Shown here piece after piece: positions 19,102 through 29,338 of a stretch of DNA of 64,000 bases. This DNA comes from Oscillospiraceae bacterium. GTDB lineage: Bacteria; Bacillota; Clostridia; Oscillospirales; Oscillospiraceae. A program made the position numbers and the translations under genes. Numbering within the stretch: position 1 is the stretch's first letter; the number at the start of each line of letters is the position of its first letter. Where the stretch lies: positions 71,586 to 135,585 of the forward strand of contig CACWYC010000001.1 in assembly GCA_902765025.1 (NCBI GenBank). The letters run 5' to 3'. A model generated the notes under the pieces. The model was not told the origin of the DNA. It did no database searches and saw nothing but the letters and a program-made list of their open reading frames with translations.

Positions 19102-19734
19102 TCAGCCCCGGTGGGAGATGCGGTAGCCCAGGGTCAGCAGCGTGTCCACAAAGTGGATGTTCTCAAAGAACACATCGGGCACGGCGGTGGACAGCTCCAC
19201 GTTGGTGAAGTTCCAGAAGCCCCGGATGCCCAGGTCGATCAGTTTGTCGGCCAGGGGCTGGGCCACGTTCTGGGGCACCGTCAGCACCGCCACGATGGGA
19301 CGGTTCAGCTCCACGTAGCTCTCCAGCTCCGTCATGGAACGGATGGTGACGTCCCGGATGGTGGTGCCCACCAGGTCGGGGGAGATGTCGAAGGCGGAGT
19401 CCACCTGGAAGCCGGCCTTGGCAAAGTCAAAGTTTTGCAGCAGGGCGTGGCCCAGATGGCCGGCGCCCACAATGATGAGCCGGTGGCCCAGATCGATGCC
19501 CAGAATGTGAGCGATCTCGGCGCGCAGCTCCGCCACGTTGTAGCCGTAGCCCTGCTGGCCGAACTCGCCGAAGCAGCTTAAATCCTGGCGGATTTGGGAG
19601 GCGGTGATACCCATTTTATCCCCCAGGGAGTTGGAGGAGATACGCACCACGCCCTTGTTGAACAGATCGTCCAAGTAGCGGTAGTAGCGGGGCAGACGGT
19701 GAATCACCGCATCGGAGACTTTTTGCTTTTTCAT
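19102..19734 (-). CDS. rex: Redox-sensing transcriptional repressor Rex
   Basis: RLPRYYR, QIRQDLSCFGEFGQQGYGY, GAGHLG, WNF motifs; true start MKKQKVSD at 19734. Confidence 0.96.
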   Translation of the reverse strand: MKKQKVSDAVIHRLPRYYRYLDDLFNKGVVRISSNSLGDKMGITASQIRQDLSCFGEFGQQGYGYNVAELRAEIAHILGIDLGHRLIIVGAGHLGHALLQNFDFAKAGFQVDSAFDISPDLVGTTIRDVTIRSMTELESYVELNRPIVAVLTVPQNVAQPLADKLIDLGIRGFWNFTNVELSTAVPDVFFENIHFVDTLLTLGYRISHRG

Positions 19735-19816
19735 ATAACAGCCTGCCTTTTCTGTCGTAAAATTGGTGGCGCAGCCGCAGCCGCACCACGAGGATAACGG
19801 TAATAACATTGTGCCC

Positions 19817-19845
19817 ATTGTACCGCAGACAGAATGACTTGTCAA
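19817..19845 (-). promoter_or_regulatory. SigA promoter of rex
   Basis: Minus strand TTGACA-17bp-TACAAT. Confidence 0.75.
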
Positions 19846-19921
19846 CTTTTTTAACAATCTTTTTTGCATCGGCTTGCGAAAGAAAAGGAAGGGACTTGCG
19901 AAAAAATTGCCCGGATTTCCC

Positions 19922-19950
19922 TTTACAAACGGCGCAACACCTGCTATAAT
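19922..19950 (+). promoter_or_regulatory. SigA promoter of tRNA-Arg
   Basis: TTTACA-17bp-TATAAT. Confidence 0.7.
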
Positions 19951-19981
19951 AGCAGGGCTGTCGCGGAAAAGCGGCACGTAT

Positions 19982-20058
19982 GCGCCCGTAGCTCAGTTGG
20001 ATAGAGTGTCAGACTCCGACTCTGAAGGTCGCAAGTTCGAATCTTGTCGGGCGTACCA
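19982..20058 (+). tRNA. tRNA-Arg(CCG)
   Basis: Cloverleaf; anticodon arm TCAGA-CTCCGAC-TCTGA, GTTCGAATC T-loop, encoded CCA. Confidence 0.95.
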
Positions 20059-20059
20059 G

Positions 20060-20108
20060 AACCCGCCTGACCCTGTGCCAAAGTTGGCACAGGGTCAGGC
20101 GGGTTTTC
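20060..20108 (+). terminator. Terminator after tRNA-Arg
   Basis: 22-bp perfect inverted repeat followed by a short T tract. Confidence 0.75.
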
Positions 20109-20380
20109 TTGTTGAGATGGTGCAGGATTCTGCACCATCTCAACAATTCCTGCAAGATCCCACAGAATTTTGCGCAATCCCAGCAAAAGTGGGCATCGGG
20201 TGCCTGGCCAATGGCCAGATTTAGCGGGGATGGCGCGAAAATAGTCGGAGGCGGCGTGGCGGTGGAGAAGAAGCTGAATCCATTGTGAGAAGGGAGAACA
20301 GAGCAATCCGGAACGATGCGTTGCTTCTTAGCACGCTGGATCAAGCGCTGCAGAATCTGAAAGCAGATGGTTGAATAATG

Positions 20381-20409
20381 TTGCGAATACAGTGGAAATG
20401 ATATAAAAT
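20381..20409 (+). promoter_or_regulatory. Candidate SigA promoter of the cas operon
   Basis: TTGCGA-17bp-TAAAAT, about 165 nt upstream of cas3. Confidence 0.5.
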
Positions 20410-20574
20410 CAATTCATACAGTCCGTTTTATTGGACACATTATGCACTAAACTAAAGAATAAAAAGAATAAAAAAGAAGAATAAAAAAGAATAAAAAAGC
20501 AAAGAAAGCGAATCATTTAGGAGAAGATTGAGCGGGTATTTCTCAGCGAGGCGGGATAAGAGGGGGCGAATAAG

Positions 20575-23325
20575 ATGCAGTTGGCATACTCGGACCGCGA
20601 ACGAGCATGGGCGGTATTGACGCTTCTCCCGGGGAAAAGCGGATTTGATGACGGGAAAAAGTGGCTGCCCGTCCGCGTTCACGCACTTGATACAAGAGCT
20701 GCTATGGAGCGGTTATTAAACTCGTGGGTGCCGGAGCGGATCAGGCAACTGCTTCACACCGTAGACCGGCTTTCGGACGTCTGCGCGTTTTTGGCGTTGG
20801 TCCATGACATTGGAAAGCTGACGCCTGCGTTTTTGGGCAATATCCTTCCCAATCTGCCGGAGGTGAGTGAGCGCCTTGGCGAGGCAGGACTGGCGACCGG
20901 GTATCTCAGCAGAAATTCTTTGGTTCGCCACGCTACAGCGGGCGCAGCGATTTTGGCACAGCATTCCTGTCCGGCGGGAATTGTCGCTGTGGTCGGCGCA
21001 CACCACGGTAAGCCCATTTCTACGGAAGATGAACTAGATCTGTGCCACCATATGGAGATACACTCCAGAGACTATTTCGGCGCGGATGGCATAGACAGTG
21101 AGCAGGGACGCCTTTGGGCAGAGGTTCGGAGAATATGGCTCGACGAGTCGCTGCAGCGGGCGGGATTTGAATCGGTGGAAGAACTGCCGCAGCTTGACCT
21201 CCGGGCGCAGATGCTGCTGACTGGGCTTCTGATCGTGGCGGACTGGGTTGCCAGCAATCCTGACTTTTTCCCTCTGATTGACATGGAGGATGATGGCGAG
21301 CGGTTGGATCTAGAGCGCCGCGTTGCTGGGGCGTGGGAACGATTTGATCCCAGGTCGCCATGGAGTCCGCCGTATGTGCTTCCCGACGAGGGCTGGTTTA
21401 AGGATGCTTTTGGTTTTGAGCCGAATCAGGAACAACGAGCAATCACTCACGCGGCACAGAACAGTATGGAACCGGGCATCTATATTCTGGAAGCCCAGAT
21501 GGGCAGGGGCAAGACAGAAGCGGCGCTGGCTGCGGCGGAGGTGCTGGCGGGAAAGCTGAACTGTGGAGGCGTGTTCTTTGGCTTGCCCACGCAGGCAACG
21601 GCGAACGGCGTTTTCCCCAGATTAAAGATATGGGGTGAACGCCAAGCGGAGGACATGGATCTGACCATTCGGCTGGCGCACGGTAACGCCGCGTTGAACA
21701 AAGAGTACTGCGCCCTCTTTGACGAAAAAGCCAACGTGGACGCGGATGGAGAAAGTGGGCTTGTGGTGCATCCGTGGTTCAGCGGGAGGAAACAGGCGCT
21801 GCTGTCGGATTTTGTCATCGGTACCATCGATCAGTTTCTGATGGCAGGATTGAAGCAGAGGCACCTGATGCTGCGGCATCTGGGACTTGCGGGAAAGGTC
21901 ATCATTCTGGATGAGTGCCACGCTTACGATGCCTATATGAATCATTATCTGGATCGCGTGCTGAACTGGCTTGGCGCGTATGGCGCGCCGGTCATCATCC
22001 TGTCCGCTACACTGCCTGCCGCACGGCGGGCAGAGATGATAGACGCCTATCGAAACGTGGATCCCCATGCAGAAAAAAGTGTAGCTTGGAGGGGAAACCG
22101 TGCTTATCCGCTTCTGACCTGGACGCAGGGGGAGACAGTATATCAAGAGGTGATCACGCAGGATGCGCCATCCCGTGAGGTGGCGCTGGGACATCTGGCG
22201 GATGAGGCCTTGGTGTCGTGGCTGAGGAAGATGCTCTCACAGGGGGGCTGCGCGGGCGTGATCGTGAATACAGTTCGGCGAGCGCAGGAGGTAGCGCGGC
22301 AGCTGGAGCGCGCGTTGCCGGATAAGCAGGTGGAGCTGTTCCATTCGCAGTTCCTGATGCCTGACCGTGCCGAAAAGGAGAACCGGCTGGTCAGTCGGAT
22401 TGGGAAAGGATCCACGTCAGAAACACGGAATTCCCTCATCGTAGTGGGGACGCAGGTATTGGAGCAGTCATTGGACATTGATTTTGACTGTATGGCGACA
22501 GACCTTTGCCCAATGGATCTGCTGATGCAGCGCATCGGGCGTCTGCACCGCCACCGCCGCGATGATCGCCCTAAACCTTTGCACCGACCGATTTGCATGG
22601 TGATGGGCGCGGGTGAGACGCTGGACACAGGGAGCAAGGCGGTATACGGCGAATGGCTTTTGACGCGCACAAAGGAACTACTCCCTGACCGCCTGCTCCT
22701 GCCGGACAGTATCCCAACGCTGGTACAAAGCACCTATGAAGCGCCGCGGGAGGATGAATTGGACGGAAAGCAGGACATGTGGGAGAGGTATTCGGAGCAT
22801 CTTAAAATGAAAAAGGAGAGCGCAGATGCTTTCTGCCTTTGCCCACCGGACGAAACCGAAGGGTTCCCTCAGCTAAACACTATCAATGGCTGGCTGGACG
22901 CCGGCGTGACCGACAGCGACACTCGGGCGGAAGCCAGAGTACGCGATTCGGATAGCTCCCTTTCTGTCTTGCTTATGGTGCGGGACGAGGAAGGTGTTGT
23001 ACGCTTTCTCCCCTGGCAGGAACACGGCTGCGCTGTGCCGGGTGACAAACCGCCGGAGGAATCCGTGGCGAGAAGCGTTGCTGCCCAACGGGTGCAGTTG
23101 CCGCGAAGTCTTTCAGTCGGCTACATGGGGGATCATGTTTTTGACGTGCTTAAAAGAGAAAAAATGAAATATTTGCCCGGCTGGCAAAGCGCCCCATGGC
23201 TGCGGGAGGAATTGGTGCTCCTGCTGCGGGAGGATTTGACCCGTGAGCTGTGTGGCTATCAGGTCACTTATGATCGAAAATGGGGATTATGCTGTCAAAA
23301 GGAGACGGACAATGGGAATGGATGA
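20575..23325 (+). CDS. cas3: CRISPR-associated helicase/nuclease Cas3 (type I-E)
   Basis: HD nuclease (VHDIGK, GAHHG, ADW), Walker A QMGRGKTEA, DECHAY, LSATLP, TQVLEQSLDID, QRIGRLHRH. Confidence 0.97.
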   Translation: MQLAYSDRERAWAVLTLLPGKSGFDDGKKWLPVRVHALDTRAAMERLLNSWVPERIRQLLHTVDRLSDVCAFLALVHDIGKLTPAFLGNILPNLPEVSERLGEAGLATGYLSRNSLVRHATAGAAILAQHSCPAGIVAVVGAHHGKPISTEDELDLCHHMEIHSRDYFGADGIDSEQGRLWAEVRRIWLDESLQRAGFESVEELPQLDLRAQMLLTGLLIVADWVASNPDFFPLIDMEDDGERLDLERRVAGAWERFDPRSPWSPPYVLPDEGWFKDAFGFEPNQEQRAITHAAQNSMEPGIYILEAQMGRGKTEAALAAAEVLAGKLNCGGVFFGLPTQATANGVFPRLKIWGERQAEDMDLTIRLAHGNAALNKEYCALFDEKANVDADGESGLVVHPWFSGRKQALLSDFVIGTIDQFLMAGLKQRHLMLRHLGLAGKVIILDECHAYDAYMNHYLDRVLNWLGAYGAPVIILSATLPAARRAEMIDAYRNVDPHAEKSVAWRGNRAYPLLTWTQGETVYQEVITQDAPSREVALGHLADEALVSWLRKMLSQGGCAGVIVNTVRRAQEVARQLERALPDKQVELFHSQFLMPDRAEKENRLVSRIGKGSTSETRNSLIVVGTQVLEQSLDIDFDCMATDLCPMDLLMQRIGRLHRHRRDDRPKPLHRPICMVMGAGETLDTGSKAVYGEWLLTRTKELLPDRLLLPDSIPTLVQSTYEAPREDELDGKQDMWERYSEHLKMKKESADAFCLCPPDETEGFPQLNTINGWLDAGVTDSDTRAEARVRDSDSSLSVLLMVRDEEGVVRFLPWQEHGCAVPGDKPPEESVARSVAAQRVQLPRSLSVGYMGDHVFDVLKREKMKYLPGWQSAPWLREELVLLLREDLTRELCGYQVTYDRKWGLCCQKETDNGNG

Positions 23326-24952
23326 AAAAGAGTTTAATTTGATTGACGAACCGTGGATTAAGGTTAGAACGCCGACGCTGGCGGTAGAAACGGTGTCTTT
23401 GCAAGAGGCTCTGCTTCGCGCACATACTTTTGTTGACCTTGCCGGAGAGCTGCCGACACAGGATATGGCGGTTCTTCGCCTGCTGTTGGCTGTTCTACAT
23501 ACGGTGTTTTCAAGAGTGGACTGCGGCGGCAATCCCGCGCCGATTCAAAAGCCGGGACAGGCGCTGCTTCGCTGGAAAGAGCTGTGGGAAAATGGAATGT
23601 TTCCTGAAAAGCCGATTTGCGATTATCTGAAGAAATGGCATGAGCGATTCTGGCTGTTCCATCCCGAGAGACCGTTCTATCAGGTGCGAACGGCCGAGAA
23701 TGGAACCGTGTATTCCGCTGCAAAGCTGAACGGAGAAATATCAGAGAGCACAAATAAGGCGCGACTCTTTCCAACAAGGGCGGGCGAACAGAAGGGGACG
23801 CTTACTTTTGCAGAGAGCGCACGATGGTTGCTATACGTAAATGGCTTTGATGATACATCGTCAAAACCAAAGGCGAAAGGACTGCCCCCGGTGGGTGCGG
23901 GGTGGCTCGGGAAAATCGGTCTTATTTCTGCAGTGGGAGATAATCTCTTTGAAACATTGCTGCTGAATCTTGTGCTGTTGAAGGGAAAAAATGAAATCTG
24001 GGGTGAGAGCAAGCCAACATGGGAACTGGAAGTGCCGAGACAGTCCGAGCGTACGACCATCCCTCTGCCCGACAATCAAGCGGAATTACTGACGCTGCAA
24101 TCCCGGAGGATCATGCTGAAAAAGGCGGGAAACGCTGTGGAAGGGTATTCCTTGTTGGGCGGCGATGTTTTTCCCCCGGCAGATGCTTTTACAGAGCAAA
24201 TGACGCTTTGGTATCCATATGAAGAACATCATCGCACCGGATTTCGACCACAAAGACACCGTGCGGAGAAATACATCTGGCAGGAGTTTTCACCATTATT
24301 ATATCTCAATGAAAAAGGACGCCGCCCAGGCGTTATTACATGGATTGATACCGTAAAGAAAGCGCGCTGCCTGGATTCAAGGCGATGGATTTCATTTAGG
24401 TCAGCATCAGTTCAGTACGGAGACAAAGACTCTTTAGCTTCGGATGTTGTTGGAGATCAGATTACCTTTCATATGAATCTCATTACTGAAGCGGAAACAA
24501 TTTGGCAAAGGCTGATTGAGCGGGAAATTGGGAGAATCGACGACATTGCCTCAGCCGTCGGCGGGCTGGCGGGAAATCTGGAAAAGGCAGCGGGACATGT
24601 GGAGCGGGACGGCAAGGGGGTTATCGTGCATTCCGCAAAGATGGATTGCGCCAAAACAGCAAGAGAGCAGTATTACCACAAAATCGACGTGCCATTTCGG
24701 GAATGGCTGCGAAAGCTCGACCCTTCGCAGACGGATGTGGAGCGGGACAGGCTGCGCGACGAATGGATTGCCACCGCAAAACAGATTGCATTGGGCATGG
24801 GCAAAGAACTGGTCAAGGACGCGGGAGACATCGCCATGTTGGGGCGCTTCATTGAGGATAAAAAGGGCAGCAATGGCAAAAAGCACTATTCTGCGCCGGA
24901 GGCGTCCATAGAATTTAAACACAATGTCAACAGAATCTGTAAGGAGGGATAA
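23312..24952 (+). CDS. cas8e: Cascade large subunit Cas8e (Cse1/CasA)
   Basis: FNLIDEPWI, HPERPFYQ, ESARWLLYVNGFD motifs; position after cas3. Confidence 0.93.
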   Translation: MGMDEKEFNLIDEPWIKVRTPTLAVETVSLQEALLRAHTFVDLAGELPTQDMAVLRLLLAVLHTVFSRVDCGGNPAPIQKPGQALLRWKELWENGMFPEKPICDYLKKWHERFWLFHPERPFYQVRTAENGTVYSAAKLNGEISESTNKARLFPTRAGEQKGTLTFAESARWLLYVNGFDDTSSKPKAKGLPPVGAGWLGKIGLISAVGDNLFETLLLNLVLLKGKNEIWGESKPTWELEVPRQSERTTIPLPDNQAELLTLQSRRIMLKKAGNAVEGYSLLGGDVFPPADAFTEQMTLWYPYEEHHRTGFRPQRHRAEKYIWQEFSPLLYLNEKGRRPGVITWIDTVKKARCLDSRRWISFRSASVQYGDKDSLASDVVGDQITFHMNLITEAETIWQRLIEREIGRIDDIASAVGGLAGNLEKAAGHVERDGKGVIVHSAKMDCAKTAREQYYHKIDVPFREWLRKLDPSQTDVERDRLRDEWIATAKQIALGMGKELVKDAGDIAMLGRFIEDKKGSNGKKHYSAPEASIEFKHNVNRICKEG

Positions 24953-24953
24953 T

Positions 24954-25571
24954 ATGCCACTGGAAAACCAATTGGACGCGGTGTACAGATACACCGCAAA
25001 GCAGATTGCCGCGCTTTGTGCCGGACCTGACGGCCAAAAAGCCGACTTGGCGGAGCTGCGGCGGGGGCTTGGCAAAGCGCCGGGAGAGGAACCGAGACTC
25101 TGGGGTATGTTTCTCTCTGAGCTGCCGCCGGAGCTGTACGGCAGGGGCGGAGAACCCAGCCGGGGCGAATGGGCGGTCTATACCGCGCTGACATTATTCG
25201 CGCTGCATCAGCAGGGAAGAAAACCGAGCACGGAATCAGTCAATCGGCAGGGCATTCGTCTGGGCCAGGCGGTTGCTGCTCTGGTGGAATATGACGAATC
25301 AGGCAGGCGGGACGACAACTCGTGGGAGCGCATCCGGCGACGGCTCATCATTTCCGCCTCCGCGCAGGACATACGTGAGCTTGCCTATCATCTGCGCACC
25401 CTTGTCCGCATGCTGCGGGATGAGGGGCAGACTCTGGATTATCCGGCACTGGCAAAAGAGCTTTATCTGTGGCAGACGCCGCAGGGAACTGAACGAATCA
25501 AACTGGAGTGGGCGGAGGATTTTCATCGGAACTGCCCCATCGACCGCAAATCAAAGGAGGAAGCGCAATGA
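24954..25571 (+). CDS. cse2: Cascade small subunit Cas11/Cse2 (CasB)
   Basis: LAELRRGLGK, ALTLFALHQQG, LDYPALAKELY, WAEDF. Confidence 0.93.
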   Translation: MPLENQLDAVYRYTAKQIAALCAGPDGQKADLAELRRGLGKAPGEEPRLWGMFLSELPPELYGRGGEPSRGEWAVYTALTLFALHQQGRKPSTESVNRQGIRLGQAVAALVEYDESGRRDDNSWERIRRRLIISASAQDIRELAYHLRTLVRMLRDEGQTLDYPALAKELYLWQTPQGTERIKLEWAEDFHRNCPIDRKSKEEAQ

Positions 25572-26641
25572 AAAACAATCTTTACATCGACATTCATGTT
25601 CTGCAAACCGTCCCGCCGAGCTGTGTGAACCGTGATGACACAGGCAGCCCCAAAACCGCTGTCTATGGCGGCGTCACCCGCGCCAGAGTGTCCAGCCAGG
25701 CGTGGAAGAAGGCGATTCGGGATGTTTTTCGAAATCAACCTATGGCAGATAATCCAAGCAGACGCACCAAGAGAATTGTGGATATGGTCGCCGAGAAAAT
25801 CGCACAGCGGTCTCCCGAGGACGACGCGCAGAAGCTGGCAATCAAGGCGCTGATCAACGCCGGACTGAACGTGGAGGAGAAGCATCCCCAAAAGGGAACG
25901 GATGCGTTGTTTTTCATGAGCGATAGTCAGGCGGCCCAGCTTGCCAAGCTGATTTGCGAAGGAAACGAGGATAAAAAGGCGTACAAAGGAGCCTTGAAAG
26001 AAAAACCCTCTGTGGACATGGTGCTGTTTGGCCGCATGGTAGCAAGCGATCCATCCCTCAATTACGACGCTGCGGCGCAGGTGGCGCACAGCATCTCTAC
26101 CCATGAGGTGCGCAACGAGTTCGACTATTTCACGGCAATCGACGATTTGAGCGACGAGGACAGCGCCGGCGCCGGCCACATCGGTACGACGGAGTTCAAT
26201 TCCTCCACGCTCTACCGCTACGCTACCGTGAACGTCTGTGAGGCAGAGAAATGGCTGGCAAAGGACACACCTCGCGCCATAAGGGACTTTGTGAGCGCAT
26301 TCCTCTCTTCCATGCCCACAGGGAAGCAGAACAGCTTCGCCAATCGCACCGCTCCCGACTGCGTTTATGTCACTGTCCGCAGGGATCAGCCCGTGAATTT
26401 GGTGGGCGCGTTTGAAAAGCCGATTCGTTCGCGGGATGGTTACGCCGCCGCGTCGGAAACGGCGCTGGCAAAGTATGCCGAGGAAACCTACGATCGTTTT
26501 GTGGACAAGCCCGCTCTGGCGTTCTGCGTCAGCAGGCACGGAGAGAACTGGGCAGATGCGGAACACCTGGGGCGGGACCAGCTTCTGGAACGGGTGGAGA
26601 AGGCCGTCCGGGAAGCGTGCCAGCACGGCGAGGTGGACTGA
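25568..26641 (+). CDS. cas7: Cascade backbone Cas7 (Cse4/CasC)
   Basis: IDIHVLQTVPPSCVNRDDTGSPK, RVSSQAWK, LFGRMVA, AHSISTH, DYFTAIDD. Confidence 0.96.
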   Translation: MKNNLYIDIHVLQTVPPSCVNRDDTGSPKTAVYGGVTRARVSSQAWKKAIRDVFRNQPMADNPSRRTKRIVDMVAEKIAQRSPEDDAQKLAIKALINAGLNVEEKHPQKGTDALFFMSDSQAAQLAKLICEGNEDKKAYKGALKEKPSVDMVLFGRMVASDPSLNYDAAAQVAHSISTHEVRNEFDYFTAIDDLSDEDSAGAGHIGTTEFNSSTLYRYATVNVCEAEKWLAKDTPRAIRDFVSAFLSSMPTGKQNSFANRTAPDCVYVTVRRDQPVNLVGAFEKPIRSRDGYAAASETALAKYAEETYDRFVDKPALAFCVSRHGENWADAEHLGRDQLLERVEKAVREACQHGEVD

Positions 26642-27342
26642 TGGCTACCCTGTTGCTCCGCTTGGCGGCACCCCTGCAAAGCTGGGGAGCAGAGTCCAAG
26701 TTCGATACCCGGCGTACCGGCAGGGAACCGACCAAAAGCGGCGTGATCGGGCTTCTGGCTGCGGCGCTGGGCATCCGGCGCGACGCCGACGCAGAAATCC
26801 AAGGGCTGTCAGCCGCGCTTCGCTTCGGCGTGCGCGTGGACCGGGAGGGCGAACTGCTGCGGGACTACCATATGGTTCACAAGGATGAAAAAACAGCCTA
26901 TTTGACAAATCGCTACTATCTCGCGGACGCGGTATTTCTGGTGGGACTGGAGAGCAACGATGCCGCGCTGCTGGAAAAGTTGGAATACGCGCTGCGCCAT
27001 CCTGCGTTTCCGTTGTTTCTCGGCCGCCGCTCCTGCCCGCCTACGCCGCCGCTGTCCCTCGGCGTTCGTGACGGTGAACTGCTGACTGTTTTGCAGGAAG
27101 AACCGCGCATACGTTACGAAGGGAGACCGACGCATAGCGTTCGTATCGTGACGGATGGAATTGCCGGCGAACGCAATACCGGCATACAACGGGATGCGCC
27201 AATGTCGTTCGACTCGCGCCATCGGCGCTTTGCGGAACGCGCTGTGACACAGTGGGGCTTCGTGTCCCTGCCGGATGAAACCCCGTCATATTTCTTTACG
27301 GAGCACGATCCTTTGCGTGAGCTGGGAGGTGAGCAGTTATGA
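26641..27342 (+). CDS. cas5: Cas5e (CasD)
   Basis: LLLRLAAPLQSWG, PTKSGVIGLLAAALG, LFLGRRSCPP. Confidence 0.96.
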   Translation: MATLLLRLAAPLQSWGAESKFDTRRTGREPTKSGVIGLLAAALGIRRDADAEIQGLSAALRFGVRVDREGELLRDYHMVHKDEKTAYLTNRYYLADAVFLVGLESNDAALLEKLEYALRHPAFPLFLGRRSCPPTPPLSLGVRDGELLTVLQEEPRIRYEGRPTHSVRIVTDGIAGERNTGIQRDAPMSFDSRHRRFAERAVTQWGFVSLPDETPSYFFTEHDPLRELGGEQL

Positions 27343-27975
27343 TCCTGTCGCGTATGGAACTGGACCCCACAAAACGGGAAACAAGGCTGGCGCTGGCCGC
27401 GCCAAGCCGATTCCACGGTGCAATCGAGAGCGCCTTTCCCGGAGAACGACGCAGGCGGCTGTGGCGGCTGGATGTTCTGCACGGGACACCCTATCTTTTG
27501 ATCCTCAGTGAGGACCGCCCCGATCTGACCGGCGCGGTTACGCAGTTCGGCGTGTCGGGACATGAGCCACAGTGGGAATCACGGGACTATTCGCCTCTGC
27601 TGACCCGCACTGTGGCGGGAAGCTGTTGGTATTTTCGCCTGACGGCGAATCCTACGCGCAGCAAGTCCCGAGCCGGGGAGAGGGGAAAGGTGCTGGCGCA
27701 CATTACACCATACTTTCAAAGGCAATGGCTCATAGAGCAGAGCAAAAAGCGGGGCTTCGCCATCTGTGAGGACGGATTCGAGGTGGTGAGCAGCCAATGG
27801 CTGCATTTTGACAAAAGGGGACGCAACGCTGTGACACTGCTGTCCGCTACCTTCGAGGGCGTGCTGACTGTGACCGATGAGGTGCTGTTCCGCAAGACAC
27901 TGACTGAGGGCATTGGCCGCGGAAAAGCCTACGGAATGGGATTACTGACGCTTATGCGCGTTTCGGAGACGAACA

Positions 27976-27983
<8 letters not shown>
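27339..27983 (+). CDS. cas6: crRNA-processing endoribonuclease Cas6e (Cse3/CasE)
   Basis: FRLTANPT, FEGVLTV, Gly-rich loop GIGRGKAYGMGLL. Confidence 0.96.
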
Positions 27984-29036
<1,053 letters not shown>

Positions 29037-29149
29037 AAGCAATTGCATTTGCGTAAGCCGTAATACATCATTATACCGTGAGACATTGCATCACGAAAGA
29101 AGATGCTATTCCCGCCGCGAGTGGATGATGCGGCAACCCCGTATAACAT

Positions 29150-29172
29150 CAGCCCAAAGGCTGCTTTTTTTC
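29150..29172 (+). terminator. Probable terminator downstream of the array
   Basis: CAGCC-CAAA-GGCTG followed by CTTTTTTT. Confidence 0.55.
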
Positions 29173-29209
29173 TTCTGTGGGAAATCCCATTTTCGATTCT
29201 CTCAAACGG

Positions 29210-29238
29210 TTGCCAATGGGTACCAATTATGGTACAAT
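29210..29238 (+). promoter_or_regulatory. SigA promoter of glgA
   Basis: TTGCCA-17bp-TACAAT. Confidence 0.6.
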
Positions 29239-29338
29239 TACCGTTGATACAAGGCGCGGTGCGCCATGGAACAGCAATATCCGGTTTCCCCATACAGCGC
29301 AGCGAAGCTGCGTAGTGATGAAAAAGGAGATATCCATT

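Noticed and set aside
20220-20372. Short frame ...VRRENRAIRNDALLLSTLDQALQNLKADG* reminiscent of an amino-acid binding protein C-terminus
   Set aside because: About 30 aa with no start or RBS and weak similarity; it could be a gene scar but cannot be supported without a search.
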